The notes beneath the pieces were generated by a model. The model saw only the letters and a program-made list of their open reading frames with translations, had not been told where the DNA came from and made no database searches. The position numbers and the translations under genes are program-made. Of a stretch of DNA of 64,000 nt, positions 19,179 through 27,765 are shown piece by piece; the first letter of the stretch is position 1, and the number at the start of each line of letters is the position of its first letter. The stretch is from Patescibacteria group bacterium (GTDB taxonomy: Bacteria; Patescibacteriota; Patescibacteriia; UBA1558; GWA2-36-10), in contig JAHJQF010000001.1 in the NCBI GenBank assembly GCA_018819405.1, forward strand, positions 577,377 to 641,376, written 5' to 3'.

Positions 19179-20218
19179 TGCTGTACCCAGTGATATTAGC
19201 CGGTGGATTGGGCACGCGTTTGTGGCCAGTATCCAACCAAAATAATCCCAAGCAATTCAAAGCACTTTTGTCGGATAAGACGTTACTACAGAATACTTAT
19301 GATAGGGTAGCTAGCTCTTTTGATAAAAAAAATATTTTTGTGGTCTCTTGTCAAAATATTGTTGACAACATCAGGCAGCAGATAGATATCTTGCCGGAAA
19401 ATATTTTAATTGAGCCACAGGCAAAGGGCACAGCTATTGCTATTGCCCTAGCAACTCTTAAAATAAAAAATATTGATCCTCAGGCAATCATAGTAACTGT
19501 AAATAGCGACCATTTTATAAAAAACGAAAAAGAATACACAAAAGCTTTAAAAAAAGCTGAAAAGGTAGTAGAAAAAAACCCAGACAAGATGCTTCTTTTT
19601 GGGGTCAAACCAGCTTATCCTGAGACTGGTTATGGCTACATTGAGACCAAGGGTTCCAAAGGCGATATTTATGAAGTAGCCAGCCTAAAAGAAAAGCCAG
19701 ATCTGGCTACGGCCAAGGCTTATGTAAAATCAGGTAAATTTTTGTGGAGTCCGGGAATTTTTGTCTTTAAAGCGGCTAGCTTGATTGATTGGTATAAAAA
19801 ATATTTGCCAGGGCAATATCAAGCTCTTTTAAGGATAGAGAAGTCACCGGATAATATAGCCAAGGAGTATGAGAAAATACAAAACATCTCCATTGATTAT
19901 GGACTTTTAGAAAAAATGGATAATATGCTGGTAATGCCCATAAATTTTACTTGGGCTGATGTGGGTCATTGGAGGAGTTTGCGTGATATTTTACTTGATG
20001 GTAAAGACAATGTCACCAATACAAGCAGCGTTACTGTTGATAGCAAAAACAATTTGTTGTATAGTTTTAGTGGTAAGCTCGTTGCTACAGTTGGGGTAGA
20101 GAATATGGTATTGGTAGAGACTGAAGATGTTATATTTTTGTGTCCGGCAGATCGTGCTCAGGATGTAAAAAAGCTTTTAGAGCAAATAAAAAATAATGGT
20201 TTGGAAAAATATTTATAA
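19175..20218 (+). CDS. manC: Mannose-1-phosphate guanylyltransferase
   Basis: VILAGGLGTRLWP, PKQF, PETGYGYI, EKP, SIDYG, WADVG. Confidence 0.93.
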   Translation: MMLYPVILAGGLGTRLWPVSNQNNPKQFKALLSDKTLLQNTYDRVASSFDKKNIFVVSCQNIVDNIRQQIDILPENILIEPQAKGTAIAIALATLKIKNIDPQAIIVTVNSDHFIKNEKEYTKALKKAEKVVEKNPDKMLLFGVKPAYPETGYGYIETKGSKGDIYEVASLKEKPDLATAKAYVKSGKFLWSPGIFVFKAASLIDWYKKYLPGQYQALLRIEKSPDNIAKEYEKIQNISIDYGLLEKMDNMLVMPINFTWADVGHWRSLRDILLDGKDNVTNTSSVTVDSKNNLLYSFSGKLVATVGVENMVLVETEDVIFLCPADRAQDVKKLLEQIKNNGLEKYL

Positions 20219-20258
20219 ACACTTGGAAAAAGCTATTTAATAATTAATTTCTAACGGG

Positions 20259-21254
20259 GTGAAAAAATTTATTTTTAAGTTAATTTTAATATTTTTGGTA
20301 GTTTTGCTAGCTTGGTTTTTTATTATAGTAAATTCCAACAACGGTCTATCAAAAAATAAAACATTTTTGGTTCAAGATGGCCAAGGTGTGAATCAGATTA
20401 GTAATGGACTATACAATGATAACCTGATAAAAAGTAAATTTGTCTTTGAATCGTGGTTGTGGATCAAACAGGCCGAGTCAAAATTAATTGCTGGAGTTTA
20501 TGATATTCCAGCTGGTGTTTCTATCCGACAGTTGACCAATCTTTTGATTTTGGGACCGCAGGATTCTCAGGAATCAGTCACGCTTTTAGAAGGCTGGACC
20601 AGAAAATTGATGTCCGAAGCACTAGACAGACACGGTATGTCTGGTCAAAAATTTATGGAGCTTAGCTCTGAAAAGATTGATTGGCAGGACGATTATGATT
20701 TTTTGCTTGATGCTCCTAGTAATGCCAGTTTGGAAGGTTATATTTTTCCAGACACTTATTTTATTGATAGCTCTACCAGTGAAGAATTTTTTATCAAAAA
20801 AACTCTCAACAATTTTAACCGCAAGCTTAGTGACTCTCTTCGCGAGGAAATAAATCGTCAGGGCAAAACTATTTTTGAAGTTGTTACTTTAGCCTCAATC
20901 ATTGAGAGGGAAGTGCCTGTTTATGCTGATAAAAAAATGATAGCGGATGTATTTTTAAAAAGGATTGACGCTGGTATTGGCCTGCAATCTGATGCTACTA
21001 TCAATTATATTACTGGTAAAGGCATGGAACAGCCTACTTTGGATGATTTAACTATTGACTCACCTTACAATACCTATAAATATAAAGGCTTGCCACCAGG
21101 GCCAATTTCTAATCCAGGTATTGATAGTATAGAGGCGGTTGTTTATCCGACTGCCAATGAATATTATTATTTCTTAACTAGCGATGACGACAAAGTGATA
21201 TATAGTCGTACTTATGAAGAACATTTGGAAAATAAAGCCCGTTATTTAGACTAG
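20259..21254 (+). CDS. mltG: Endolytic transglycosylase MltG (YceG)
   Basis: LEGYIFPDTY, LASIIERE, LQSDAT, SPYNTY...GLPPGPISNPG. Confidence 0.95.
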   Translation: MKKFIFKLILIFLVVLLAWFFIIVNSNNGLSKNKTFLVQDGQGVNQISNGLYNDNLIKSKFVFESWLWIKQAESKLIAGVYDIPAGVSIRQLTNLLILGPQDSQESVTLLEGWTRKLMSEALDRHGMSGQKFMELSSEKIDWQDDYDFLLDAPSNASLEGYIFPDTYFIDSSTSEEFFIKKTLNNFNRKLSDSLREEINRQGKTIFEVVTLASIIEREVPVYADKKMIADVFLKRIDAGIGLQSDATINYITGKGMEQPTLDDLTIDSPYNTYKYKGLPPGPISNPGIDSIEAVVYPTANEYYYFLTSDDDKVIYSRTYEEHLENKARYLD

Positions 21255-21276
21255 AAAAATAGGAAATTTTACCCAG

Positions 21277-21302
21277 AAAACCCCCTAAAATAGGGGGTTT
21301 TT
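21277..21302 (+). terminator. Intrinsic terminator after mltG
   Basis: AAAACCCCCTA-AAA-TAGGGGGTTTTT. Confidence 0.8.
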
Positions 21303-21340
21303 ATATTTTAACACGTGGTGAACGTAGTGAGCTTTACATG

Positions 21341-21369
21341 TTGACAAAAATATAAAAATATGATATAAT
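21341..21369 (+). promoter_or_regulatory. Consensus sigma70 promoter
   Basis: TTGACA-N17-TATAAT with extended -10 TG. Confidence 0.85.
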
Positions 21370-21446
21370 AGTATATTACTTTGAGGTGGAATGCGACTTG
21401 TTTTAAGTTGCTAGCTAGTGATAAGCCCAAGCAAGGAGAAGCTGCA

Positions 21447-22115
21447 ATGACTCGTCTGTTCAAACTCGTTGCCCTCATCGCCATGTCCCTTTCCATCTTC
21501 GCGCTGCCGGCTGCGGCTCAGTGGCAGCACAACATCAAGTGGTCAGACTCCTGGCACGCTCCGCGAGCCAGGATCCTGTTTCACAACAGCGAGGAAGTCT
21601 CGCCTGGGCTGGAGCGGCGTATCCATTGCTTGTTCCCCAACGTCAACCTCGAAGGTCGGCTCAACTTCCTGGCGTATCTGGGTCTCAACTTCAAATCGAT
21701 GTCACATCTGGATGTCGAGCCAGCTATTGGCTACAACCTGCGTCAGGAGACGATGATCACCTCCACGCGCTTCAGTCTGTATGACGGCCAGTCCATGGCC
21801 TACAGCCGGGCTTATGCTTGGCTGGATCTGGAATACACCCCCAATGGGCAGGGCACCTACTATTTTGCCCAGGCTGAGTACAGCGCTTTGGAGTATGTCG
21901 AATTCGGATTGGAGTCTGAAGGCTGGGGAGGCTTGGACGGCCAAAGCAAATCCATCGGTCTCGGTCCGAACTTGATCCTGCATTTCCGCCGTGGACCGCA
22001 CAACATCAACGTCGATCTGGCGGTCCATTACCGTGACCTCGATGACGTGCCGGACGCGGGCTGGAAGCCGGAGTTCTTCTTCCGGCTGCATCTGATCCCC
22101 AACTTGACAGATTAG
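21447..22115 (+). CDS. GC-rich secreted ORFan resembling an outer-membrane beta-barrel
   Basis: SD AAGGAG before ATG 21447; signal peptide ending AAA-Q; many amphipathic beta-strand-like segments. Confidence 0.65.
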   Translation: MTRLFKLVALIAMSLSIFALPAAAQWQHNIKWSDSWHAPRARILFHNSEEVSPGLERRIHCLFPNVNLEGRLNFLAYLGLNFKSMSHLDVEPAIGYNLRQETMITSTRFSLYDGQSMAYSRAYAWLDLEYTPNGQGTYYFAQAEYSALEYVEFGLESEGWGGLDGQSKSIGLGPNLILHFRRGPHNINVDLAVHYRDLDDVPDAGWKPEFFFRLHLIPNLTD

Positions 22116-22120
22116 GCTGC

Positions 22121-22170
22121 TAGGCCCCGAAAAACGTGGTTTTTACCACCTTTCGGGGCCTATTTCTTTT
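22121..22170 (+). terminator. Intrinsic terminator
   Basis: TAGGCCCCGAAA ... TTTCGGGGCCTA followed by TTTCTTTT. Confidence 0.85.
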
Positions 22171-22195
22171 GCCTTGACCCGTCGGGTAGGCGGAC

Positions 22196-22224
22196 TTGAC
22201 AATATTGCCATTATAATATATAAT
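22196..22224 (+). promoter_or_regulatory. sigma70 promoter of rplJL
   Basis: TTGACA-N17-TATAAT. Confidence 0.8.
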
Positions 22225-22243
22225 TTTTTCATCAATTAAATAT

Positions 22244-22344
22244 AGACCGTAGACAGTGGGTTTCGGATCATTTGGTCAGATATAAATCCTACCGAGGAAT
22301 AGCTTATTTTTTCATCGTCTGCGGTATATTGCGCAGATTTTTTT
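22244..22344 (+). promoter_or_regulatory. Ribosomal protein L10 leader
   Basis: ACCGTAGACAGTGGG ... TAAATCCTACCGAGG signature upstream of rplJ, then hairpin TCTGCG..CGCAGA + T-tract. Confidence 0.8.
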
Positions 22345-22349
22345 GTACC

Positions 22350-22410
22350 TGTCATCCTGAACTTGCTTCAGGATCTATCAGGAGGATTCTGAATTAAATT
22401 CAGAATGACA
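22350..22410. repeat. REP-like palindromic element (GTCATCCTGAAC...CAGAATGAC type)
   Basis: Terminal inverted repeats TGTCAT/ATGACA with two internal hairpins. Confidence 0.7.
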
Positions 22411-22425
22411 ATTAATATAAATTAT

Positions 22426-22944
22426 ATGCCAAAAACAAGACAACAAAAACAAGATATTTTGGACAATTTGAAAGATAAATTAGCCAAAAGTAAATCAGTA
22501 GTTTTTAGTTCTGACAACGGTCTATCTGTCAAAACCATTGAAGGCATCAGAAAAGAAATGAAGCAAAACAATGCTGAATATTTGGTAGCCAAAAAGACTT
22601 TGGTCAAAATGGCCACCGAAGATATATCAGATGTTAATTTGGACAGTTTGACCGGTTCGGTAGCTTTGACTATTTCTTATGAAGATGAAGTGGCCGGAGC
22701 CAGATTACTAAACAAATATGCCAAAGAAAATGAAGCCTTGCAGCTTGACGGTGGTATTTTGGAAGGTAAGTTCATCATGGCTGATATGGTCAAAAGATTA
22801 GCCAATTTGCCATCCAAAGAGCAATTACTAGCCAAATTGGTGGGGTCACTCAATTCTCCAATGGCCGGTATAGTAGGAGTACTATCTGGTGTACAGAGAA
22901 ATTTTGTTGGAGTTTTATCAGCTATTAAAGATCAAAAAGAATAA
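22426..22944 (+). CDS. rplJ: 50S ribosomal protein L10
   Basis: MPKTRQQK start; VAKKTL; LANLPSKEQLLAKLVG; followed by rplL. Confidence 0.95.
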   Translation: MPKTRQQKQDILDNLKDKLAKSKSVVFSSDNGLSVKTIEGIRKEMKQNNAEYLVAKKTLVKMATEDISDVNLDSLTGSVALTISYEDEVAGARLLNKYAKENEALQLDGGILEGKFIMADMVKRLANLPSKEQLLAKLVGSLNSPMAGIVGVLSGVQRNFVGVLSAIKDQKE

Positions 22945-22966
22945 TTAATTTTATATATTTATAATT

Positions 22967-23026
22967 TTACCCCGTTAAATCCTGCTTCGCAGGAGCTCGC
23001 AAAGCGAGCTATTTAACAGGGGTGAA
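22967..23026. mobile_element. MITE/REP-like element with CCCCGTTAAAT terminal inverted repeats
   Basis: TTACCCCGTTAAAT ... ATTTAACAGGGGTGAA enclosing hairpins CCTGCTTCGCAGG and AGCTCGCAAAGCGAGCT. Confidence 0.7.
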
Positions 23027-23041
23027 GAAAGGATAAAAAAT

Positions 23042-23452
23042 ATGTCAGAAGAAAAAAAAGTAGAAAAAAAGGACGTTGAAGTTCCTGCCAAATTTAAAGC
23101 AATTGTTGAAGAGATTGAAAAAATGTCAGTTTTGGATTTATCAGAATTGGTATCAATCTTGGAAGATAAATTTGGTGTTTCAGCTGCTCAACCAGTAGCT
23201 ATGGCTGCTATGCCAGCCGCTGCTGAAGCCCAAGAAGAAAAATCTTCATTTACCGTTGAGCTTACTGCCGCTGGTGGCAACAAAATTGGTGTCATCAAGG
23301 TAATCCGCGAAATCACCCAATTGGGCTTAAAAGAAGCCAAAGATATGGCTGATAGTGCTCCATCTCCAATCAAAGAAGGTGTAGCCAAAGAAGAAGCTGA
23401 AACAATCAAGAAAAAACTTGAAGAAGCCGGTGCTACCGTAACTTTGAAATAA
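23042..23452 (+). CDS. rplL: 50S ribosomal protein L7/L12
   Basis: [39 protein letters not shown]. Confidence 0.98.
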   Translation: MSEEKKVEKKDVEVPAKFKAIVEEIEKMSVLDLSELVSILEDKFGVSAAQPVAMAAMPAAAEAQEEKSSFTVELTAAGGNKIGVIKVIREITQLGLKEAKDMADSAPSPIKEGVAKEEAETIKKKLEEAGATVTLK

Positions 23453-23461
23453 ATTATATTA

Positions 23462-23495
23462 AAAAACACCCCCGCATTTTGTGGGGGGTGTTTTT
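23462..23495. terminator. Bidirectional terminator
   Basis: AAAAACACCCCC..GGGGGTGTTTTT between convergent genes. Confidence 0.85.
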
Positions 23496-23497
23496 AT

Positions 23498-25615
23498 TTA
23501 TTCATTTATTGCTAAGAGATATAGATGATTAGCATTGAGAAGATAAATAGCCTTTTCATCAGGATCCACAGCCAGATCAAGTAAATTATCAAATTTTTGT
23601 GAGGTATATTGATCCTTAATATTGCCATCTTTGTCCAATATTACTATTCTCATGTTTTGTGGGTCAATAATATATAGATAAGCAGAATCCCTGAAGGTTT
23701 TTATCTTGGCTGATTGGCCGATAGTTGGTCTGGGTTCATGATAGTTGAAATCTTCTTCTTGTCCTTTGAGGAAATTTTGGATTTTGCCGCTGTTGTCTAT
23801 GATATATATACCACCATCAATAGTCAAACTGCTGGTTTGTGATAAATCAGCTTCTTCCTGTAGCCATTTTATACCACCGGCAAAAGAACTGCCACTTTCA
23901 GGATATTTAAATATTTGATTACTGGACTGATCTAAGACATATAAATTGTTGCCGTATATAGCCAGATCACCAACTGCTTGGTTGTCGGCTGATTTTTTTA
24001 GTTCGCCGACTATTTTCTTTTGGCTTATATCAAACACTTTGTATGAGCCTTGACTTTCACTGTCTTGGGTATAGATTACTATTTTTTCAGTGTCTGGCCA
24101 GTTGGTCATGGATTGGACTGTTTGATTTTCTGTAAAGTCGTATAAGGTATTTAAGGTATTATCTTTTATTTCATATAATTTATTGTCGCCTAGGATATAA
24201 AAAATCCCGTTTTTTTGGACAATACTTTGTGGTACAGAGACCAAAGAGCCCATGTCAAAAAGCTCCATTGGCATATCTACCACGTGAATATGTCGGACTT
24301 TGTTTAGTTTATGGAACAATGTTTCGTTGAGCTGGTCTATATTTTCTTGTTGTTCCGGAGAGCTGGCCTTGAGGCTGTCTATCAGGTCTTTTATTTCTAA
24401 GAGTATATTTTCAGACGCTTCTTCATCATTATAAATCAGTTTGGCGTCTGCTTCATCATATTTATTTTGGATGCTTATGAGAGTATTATCATAGTATTGA
24501 TTTTTTTCTTCATCAGCTTTTTCTTGGGTCAAAAATATTAGGCTTTGCAAAAATATCAATAAAATTACAAAGAGAGTTACTACGGCTATTTTTTTCTTAA
24601 TACTTAGATTTTTGAACCAATAGTATTTTTTATCAGTGACATTTTTTATACTATCTATAGTTTTTTCTTCTTTAGCTTTGCGGTATTTTTTGGAAGTCAA
24701 AAATAGTATACTAGCTTTGATTTTTTGGAAAATATAGACAAAAATACTGGCTACCATTTGGAAAAATGTACCAGCTAGGGAAAAAAGATTACCTATTTTT
24801 TGGAAAATACCTATATTTTTAAAACCTTTGACATCTACCACCAGTTTGGTTTTGGGTTTACCTATGGTGTCTTGGGGAGTTTTTTCTATAGTATCGCTAA
24901 TTTTTATATCAAGCTCTTGTTGTATATGGCTTGCTTGTCGGGCTTGTTCGGGGTTGATGTCCATATCTCCTAAGCCTGGTTTTTTTATTAAGATAGAATT
25001 AAAGGTCACAAATTCTGGTACAGATTCCAAGAGTTCATTGATTTTTATAGCGGCAGCAGAAGGGGAATATTTGCCGATAATTTGTTTTATTTTTTCTTTT
25101 GATATGTAATCAAATAAAGAATTGGTAGAAATTATCAAAGAATCTCCTTCGTCAAGTTGACCGCTGATAATATCAGAAAAAGCTTTGGCGGGGTTTATAT
25201 CGGTGTTTTTGCTGACAATCGTAGTTATTTGATTGTTGTGCATCAAAAGGCCGTTTATACTGCCAATACTGGATATATATATATTGTCACCGCTCATAAT
25301 GCCAATAGCTAGATCCAAAGTGTTTATCCAGTTGCGGATTTTGATAGAGCCGGCCATTTCTGGGAGTAGTTGGTTTATTTCTTGGAGTATTTCTTCCAAA
25401 AGTGTTTCTGGATCTTCCTGGCCACTGGTATCAAAATAAGTAGCCGCCTGATTTATTAGTTCGTCTACGTAAGGTTGTTGATCAATTTTATGCTTAGGCA
25501 ATTCCAGGATTATAAAGATGCGTCCATGATCAGAAGAGTCGCTCATATATACTTCTGACACTTCTCTAGCATTAAGATGATCATGAGTAAATATTTTGTG
25601 GTATTTTAGGCTCAT
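23498..25615 (-). CDS. Membrane protein: degenerate PP2C-like N-domain, single TM, C-terminal beta-propeller
   Basis: SGQLDEGDSLIIST PP2C-like segment; TM IAVVTLFVILLIFLQ; NHL-like YVLD/YIID repeats. Confidence 0.6.
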   Translation of the reverse strand: MSLKYHKIFTHDHLNAREVSEVYMSDSSDHGRIFIILELPKHKIDQQPYVDELINQAATYFDTSGQEDPETLLEEILQEINQLLPEMAGSIKIRNWINTLDLAIGIMSGDNIYISSIGSINGLLMHNNQITTIVSKNTDINPAKAFSDIISGQLDEGDSLIISTNSLFDYISKEKIKQIIGKYSPSAAAIKINELLESVPEFVTFNSILIKKPGLGDMDINPEQARQASHIQQELDIKISDTIEKTPQDTIGKPKTKLVVDVKGFKNIGIFQKIGNLFSLAGTFFQMVASIFVYIFQKIKASILFLTSKKYRKAKEEKTIDSIKNVTDKKYYWFKNLSIKKKIAVVTLFVILLIFLQSLIFLTQEKADEEKNQYYDNTLISIQNKYDEADAKLIYNDEEASENILLEIKDLIDSLKASSPEQQENIDQLNETLFHKLNKVRHIHVVDMPMELFDMGSLVSVPQSIVQKNGIFYILGDNKLYEIKDNTLNTLYDFTENQTVQSMTNWPDTEKIVIYTQDSESQGSYKVFDISQKKIVGELKKSADNQAVGDLAIYGNNLYVLDQSSNQIFKYPESGSSFAGGIKWLQEEADLSQTSSLTIDGGIYIIDNSGKIQNFLKGQEEDFNYHEPRPTIGQSAKIKTFRDSAYLYIIDPQNMRIVILDKDGNIKDQYTSQKFDNLLDLAVDPDEKAIYLLNANHLYLLAINE

Positions 25616-25688
25616 GATTTTACATTTCTATCAATAAATATTATACTATAATTAAGCTATCAAGTAAACAAACTCCATTTTTATTCAT

Positions 25689-26300
25689 ATGCTTGAACAA
25701 ATTTTTAGTTCAGTAGCTAGGACCAAGATACTAAAATTTTTTTGTGTCCATTATCAAGAGAAATTTTTTGTCAGGGAGCTGGCAAGGCGTTTGGGTGTAC
25801 AGCTCAATTCTATTAGGCGTGAACTGGACAACCTAGAAAATTTTGGTTTTTTACATAGTGAAAATGAAGGTGGTAAGAAATACTATTATGCCAATACAGA
25901 TTTTCCCTTATTTTCTGAAATCAAAAATTTAGTTTTCAAATCTTTGGCCTTGGAGGAGATGAATGTTGCTGGTAAGATGTCCAAAGTGCCTGGTTTGAAA
26001 CTTTTGGTATTTACGGGGATTTTGACAGAGTCGCCAGCCGCTACAGATGTTCTTATTGTCGGCAAGGTTAATAAAACACAATTTGATAAATATTTGGGTA
26101 AAATTGCCGAGGGATTACCGGCAGAACTACGCTATACATTTTTGTCTTTGTCTGATTATCTGTATCGTATAGAAATTACTGATAAATTTATCTACGATAT
26201 CTGGGCTCACAACAAAATAATCGTAGTAGACAAAATTTCTGACAAATTGAAAAAAAATATCTGGGATGACTTTAATTTTAAGCACTTTAAAGGGGATTAA
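25689..26300 (+). CDS. Winged-helix transcriptional regulator with degenerate nucleotidyltransferase-like C-domain
   Basis: FVRELARRLGVQLNSIRRELDNLENFG HTH; DVLIVG. Confidence 0.7.
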   Translation: MLEQIFSSVARTKILKFFCVHYQEKFFVRELARRLGVQLNSIRRELDNLENFGFLHSENEGGKKYYYANTDFPLFSEIKNLVFKSLALEEMNVAGKMSKVPGLKLLVFTGILTESPAATDVLIVGKVNKTQFDKYLGKIAEGLPAELRYTFLSLSDYLYRIEITDKFIYDIWAHNKIIVVDKISDKLKKNIWDDFNFKHFKGD

Positions 26301-26309
26301 TAAAATTTT

Positions 26310-26708
26310 ATGAATAATAAAGAAAAAAAGATAAAAATTTCCAAGCCTGTTAGAGATTCATCTCTAAACGGGACTAGGGGGATAAAAAACGTATTTTTAC
26401 TTTTACTTATCTTGCCTTTGCTCTGGGGTTGGGGATGTAAGTCAAAAGACACAAATCAAAATCAACAACAGAATCAGCAGGGTCAACAGCAAGGCCAGAC
26501 TGACGAGCCTTTTGAAGTGCCAAAGGAGAGAGTAGATATCCTGATGCTCAACTGTACTTCAGGCGGAGATGATGGTTGTTGTCTGAGATCGGTTGAGGTT
26601 ATTACTGAAGGTAGTTTTGAATTATCAGATAATGGGGCTTGTGCTGAAGGATATGTAGTAAAAAATTTGGACTGTGAGGGCGGTTATAGTTGGTGCCAAC
26701 CAAAGTAA
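26310..26708 (+). CDS. Hypothetical lipoprotein
   Basis: Hydrophobic stretch + WGWGC lipobox-like; Gln-rich linker; Cys-rich C-domain. Confidence 0.65.
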   Translation: MNNKEKKIKISKPVRDSSLNGTRGIKNVFLLLLILPLLWGWGCKSKDTNQNQQQNQQGQQQGQTDEPFEVPKERVDILMLNCTSGGDDGCCLRSVEVITEGSFELSDNGACAEGYVVKNLDCEGGYSWCQPK

Positions 26709-26711
26709 TTT

Positions 26712-27113
26712 ATGTTGTTGATACTCTTTGTAGAAGATAGAAACAAAGCTTCCTGGATTTTGGGAGACAAGGTCCGGGATTTTGAAATGTTGCCAGGGCA
26801 GGATAATTTGCTTTTGGAGTTGGATAAATTGAAAGTTAATTTTAAAAAAATAGATGCTTTGATTATGCTAGTCAAAGATGCTAGTCTTACTCAGCTCAAA
26901 GTATTTACGACTACCTTAAATACTTTAGCTTGGAGCTTTGATTTGCCGACTTTAGGCAAATTTTATTTTAATGAAGATAAAGAGCAAATCATTAATAAAT
27001 CTAGCCGTGAAATTGCCAAGATAAAAAAATTTAAACCCATTAAAGTAGAGTATAGGAGACAGGCCGAAATTACTTTGAGTAAAAAACAGCCAAAGTACAA
27101 AATAGCCAAATAA
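26712..27113 (+). CDS. Reduced TsaB (YeaZ)-like protein
   Basis: DASLTQLKV...NTLAWSFDLP resembles a degenerate GPGSFTGLR...NALA region of TsaB. Confidence 0.45.
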   Translation: MLLILFVEDRNKASWILGDKVRDFEMLPGQDNLLLELDKLKVNFKKIDALIMLVKDASLTQLKVFTTTLNTLAWSFDLPTLGKFYFNEDKEQIINKSSREIAKIKKFKPIKVEYRRQAEITLSKKQPKYKIAK

Positions 27114-27132
27114 ATTACTAAATTTATCAATA

Positions 27133-27162
27133 AAAACACTACTTGAAAGAAAGTAGTGTTTT
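27133..27162 (+). terminator. Terminator hairpin
   Basis: AAAACACTACTT-GAAAGA-AAGTAGTGTTTT. Confidence 0.7.
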
Positions 27163-27171
27163 ATGTTTTAG

Positions 27172-27321
27172 TTATACACAAAAATTGACTTAGGTTGTTT
27201 TGTGGTGTGGATAAGTATCTTATTTGTTTGATTGACATTTTGGCTAATGGTGGGGTATAATGTAGTTACGTATTAAAAAAGTGGGAAAAAATGGGGAATT
27301 AACAACAATCCCTGTGGATAA
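27172..27321 (+). promoter_or_regulatory. mraZ promoter with three DnaA boxes and MraZ-box-like GTGGG repeats
   Basis: TTATACACA 27172, TGTGGATAA 27206 and 27313; TTGACA 27232-N18-TATAAT 27256; GTGGG 27250 and 27281, ATGGGG 27291. Confidence 0.7.
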
Positions 27322-27332
27322 GTTTGAAACTT

Positions 27333-27764
27333 ATGTTTATTGGTGAGTATAAATACAATTTGGACGACAAAAATCGCTTGGCAATGCCAGCCAAGTTTCG
27401 TGCGCTTTTTAAAGAAGGAGCAGTTATTACCAAAGGTTTGGATAGCTGTCTTTTTATTTATACTGCCAAAGAATGGAAAAAATTAGCGGATAAGTTGGCT
27501 AATTTGCCTTTTTCTCAGGCCAAATCACGTGCCTTTTCCCGTATGATGTTGGCTGGCGCTATGGATGTGAAGTTAGATGCCCAAGGCAGGGTAATGCTAC
27601 CTGATTATCTCAAGCAATTTGCCACTTTAAATAAAAAAGTTGTCATTGCTGGTTTGTATAACAGGCTGGAAGTTTGGGATGAAAAACTGTGGAGCAAGTA
27701 TCAGCAGGTTTCTGAAAAAGACTCTAATGAAATTGCCGAAGGCTTGGTTGACTTAGGAATTTAA
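27333..27764 (+). CDS. mraZ: Transcriptional regulator MraZ
   Basis: MFIGEY..LDDKNRLAMPAKFR, LDAQGRV, RLEVWD. Confidence 0.97.
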   Translation: MFIGEYKYNLDDKNRLAMPAKFRALFKEGAVITKGLDSCLFIYTAKEWKKLADKLANLPFSQAKSRAFSRMMLAGAMDVKLDAQGRVMLPDYLKQFATLNKKVVIAGLYNRLEVWDEKLWSKYQQVSEKDSNEIAEGLVDLGI

Positions 27765-27765
27765 T

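Noticed and set aside
21381-22425. ORF-track starts at 21381 and 22405
   Set aside because: 21447 has an SD and signal peptide; the ATG at 22405 belongs to the REP element and 22426 gives a normal L10 N-terminus.
27172-27321. DnaA box cluster as oriC
   Set aside because: Only three boxes, no dnaA/dnaN nearby, and they overlap the mraZ promoter; a regulatory role is more likely.
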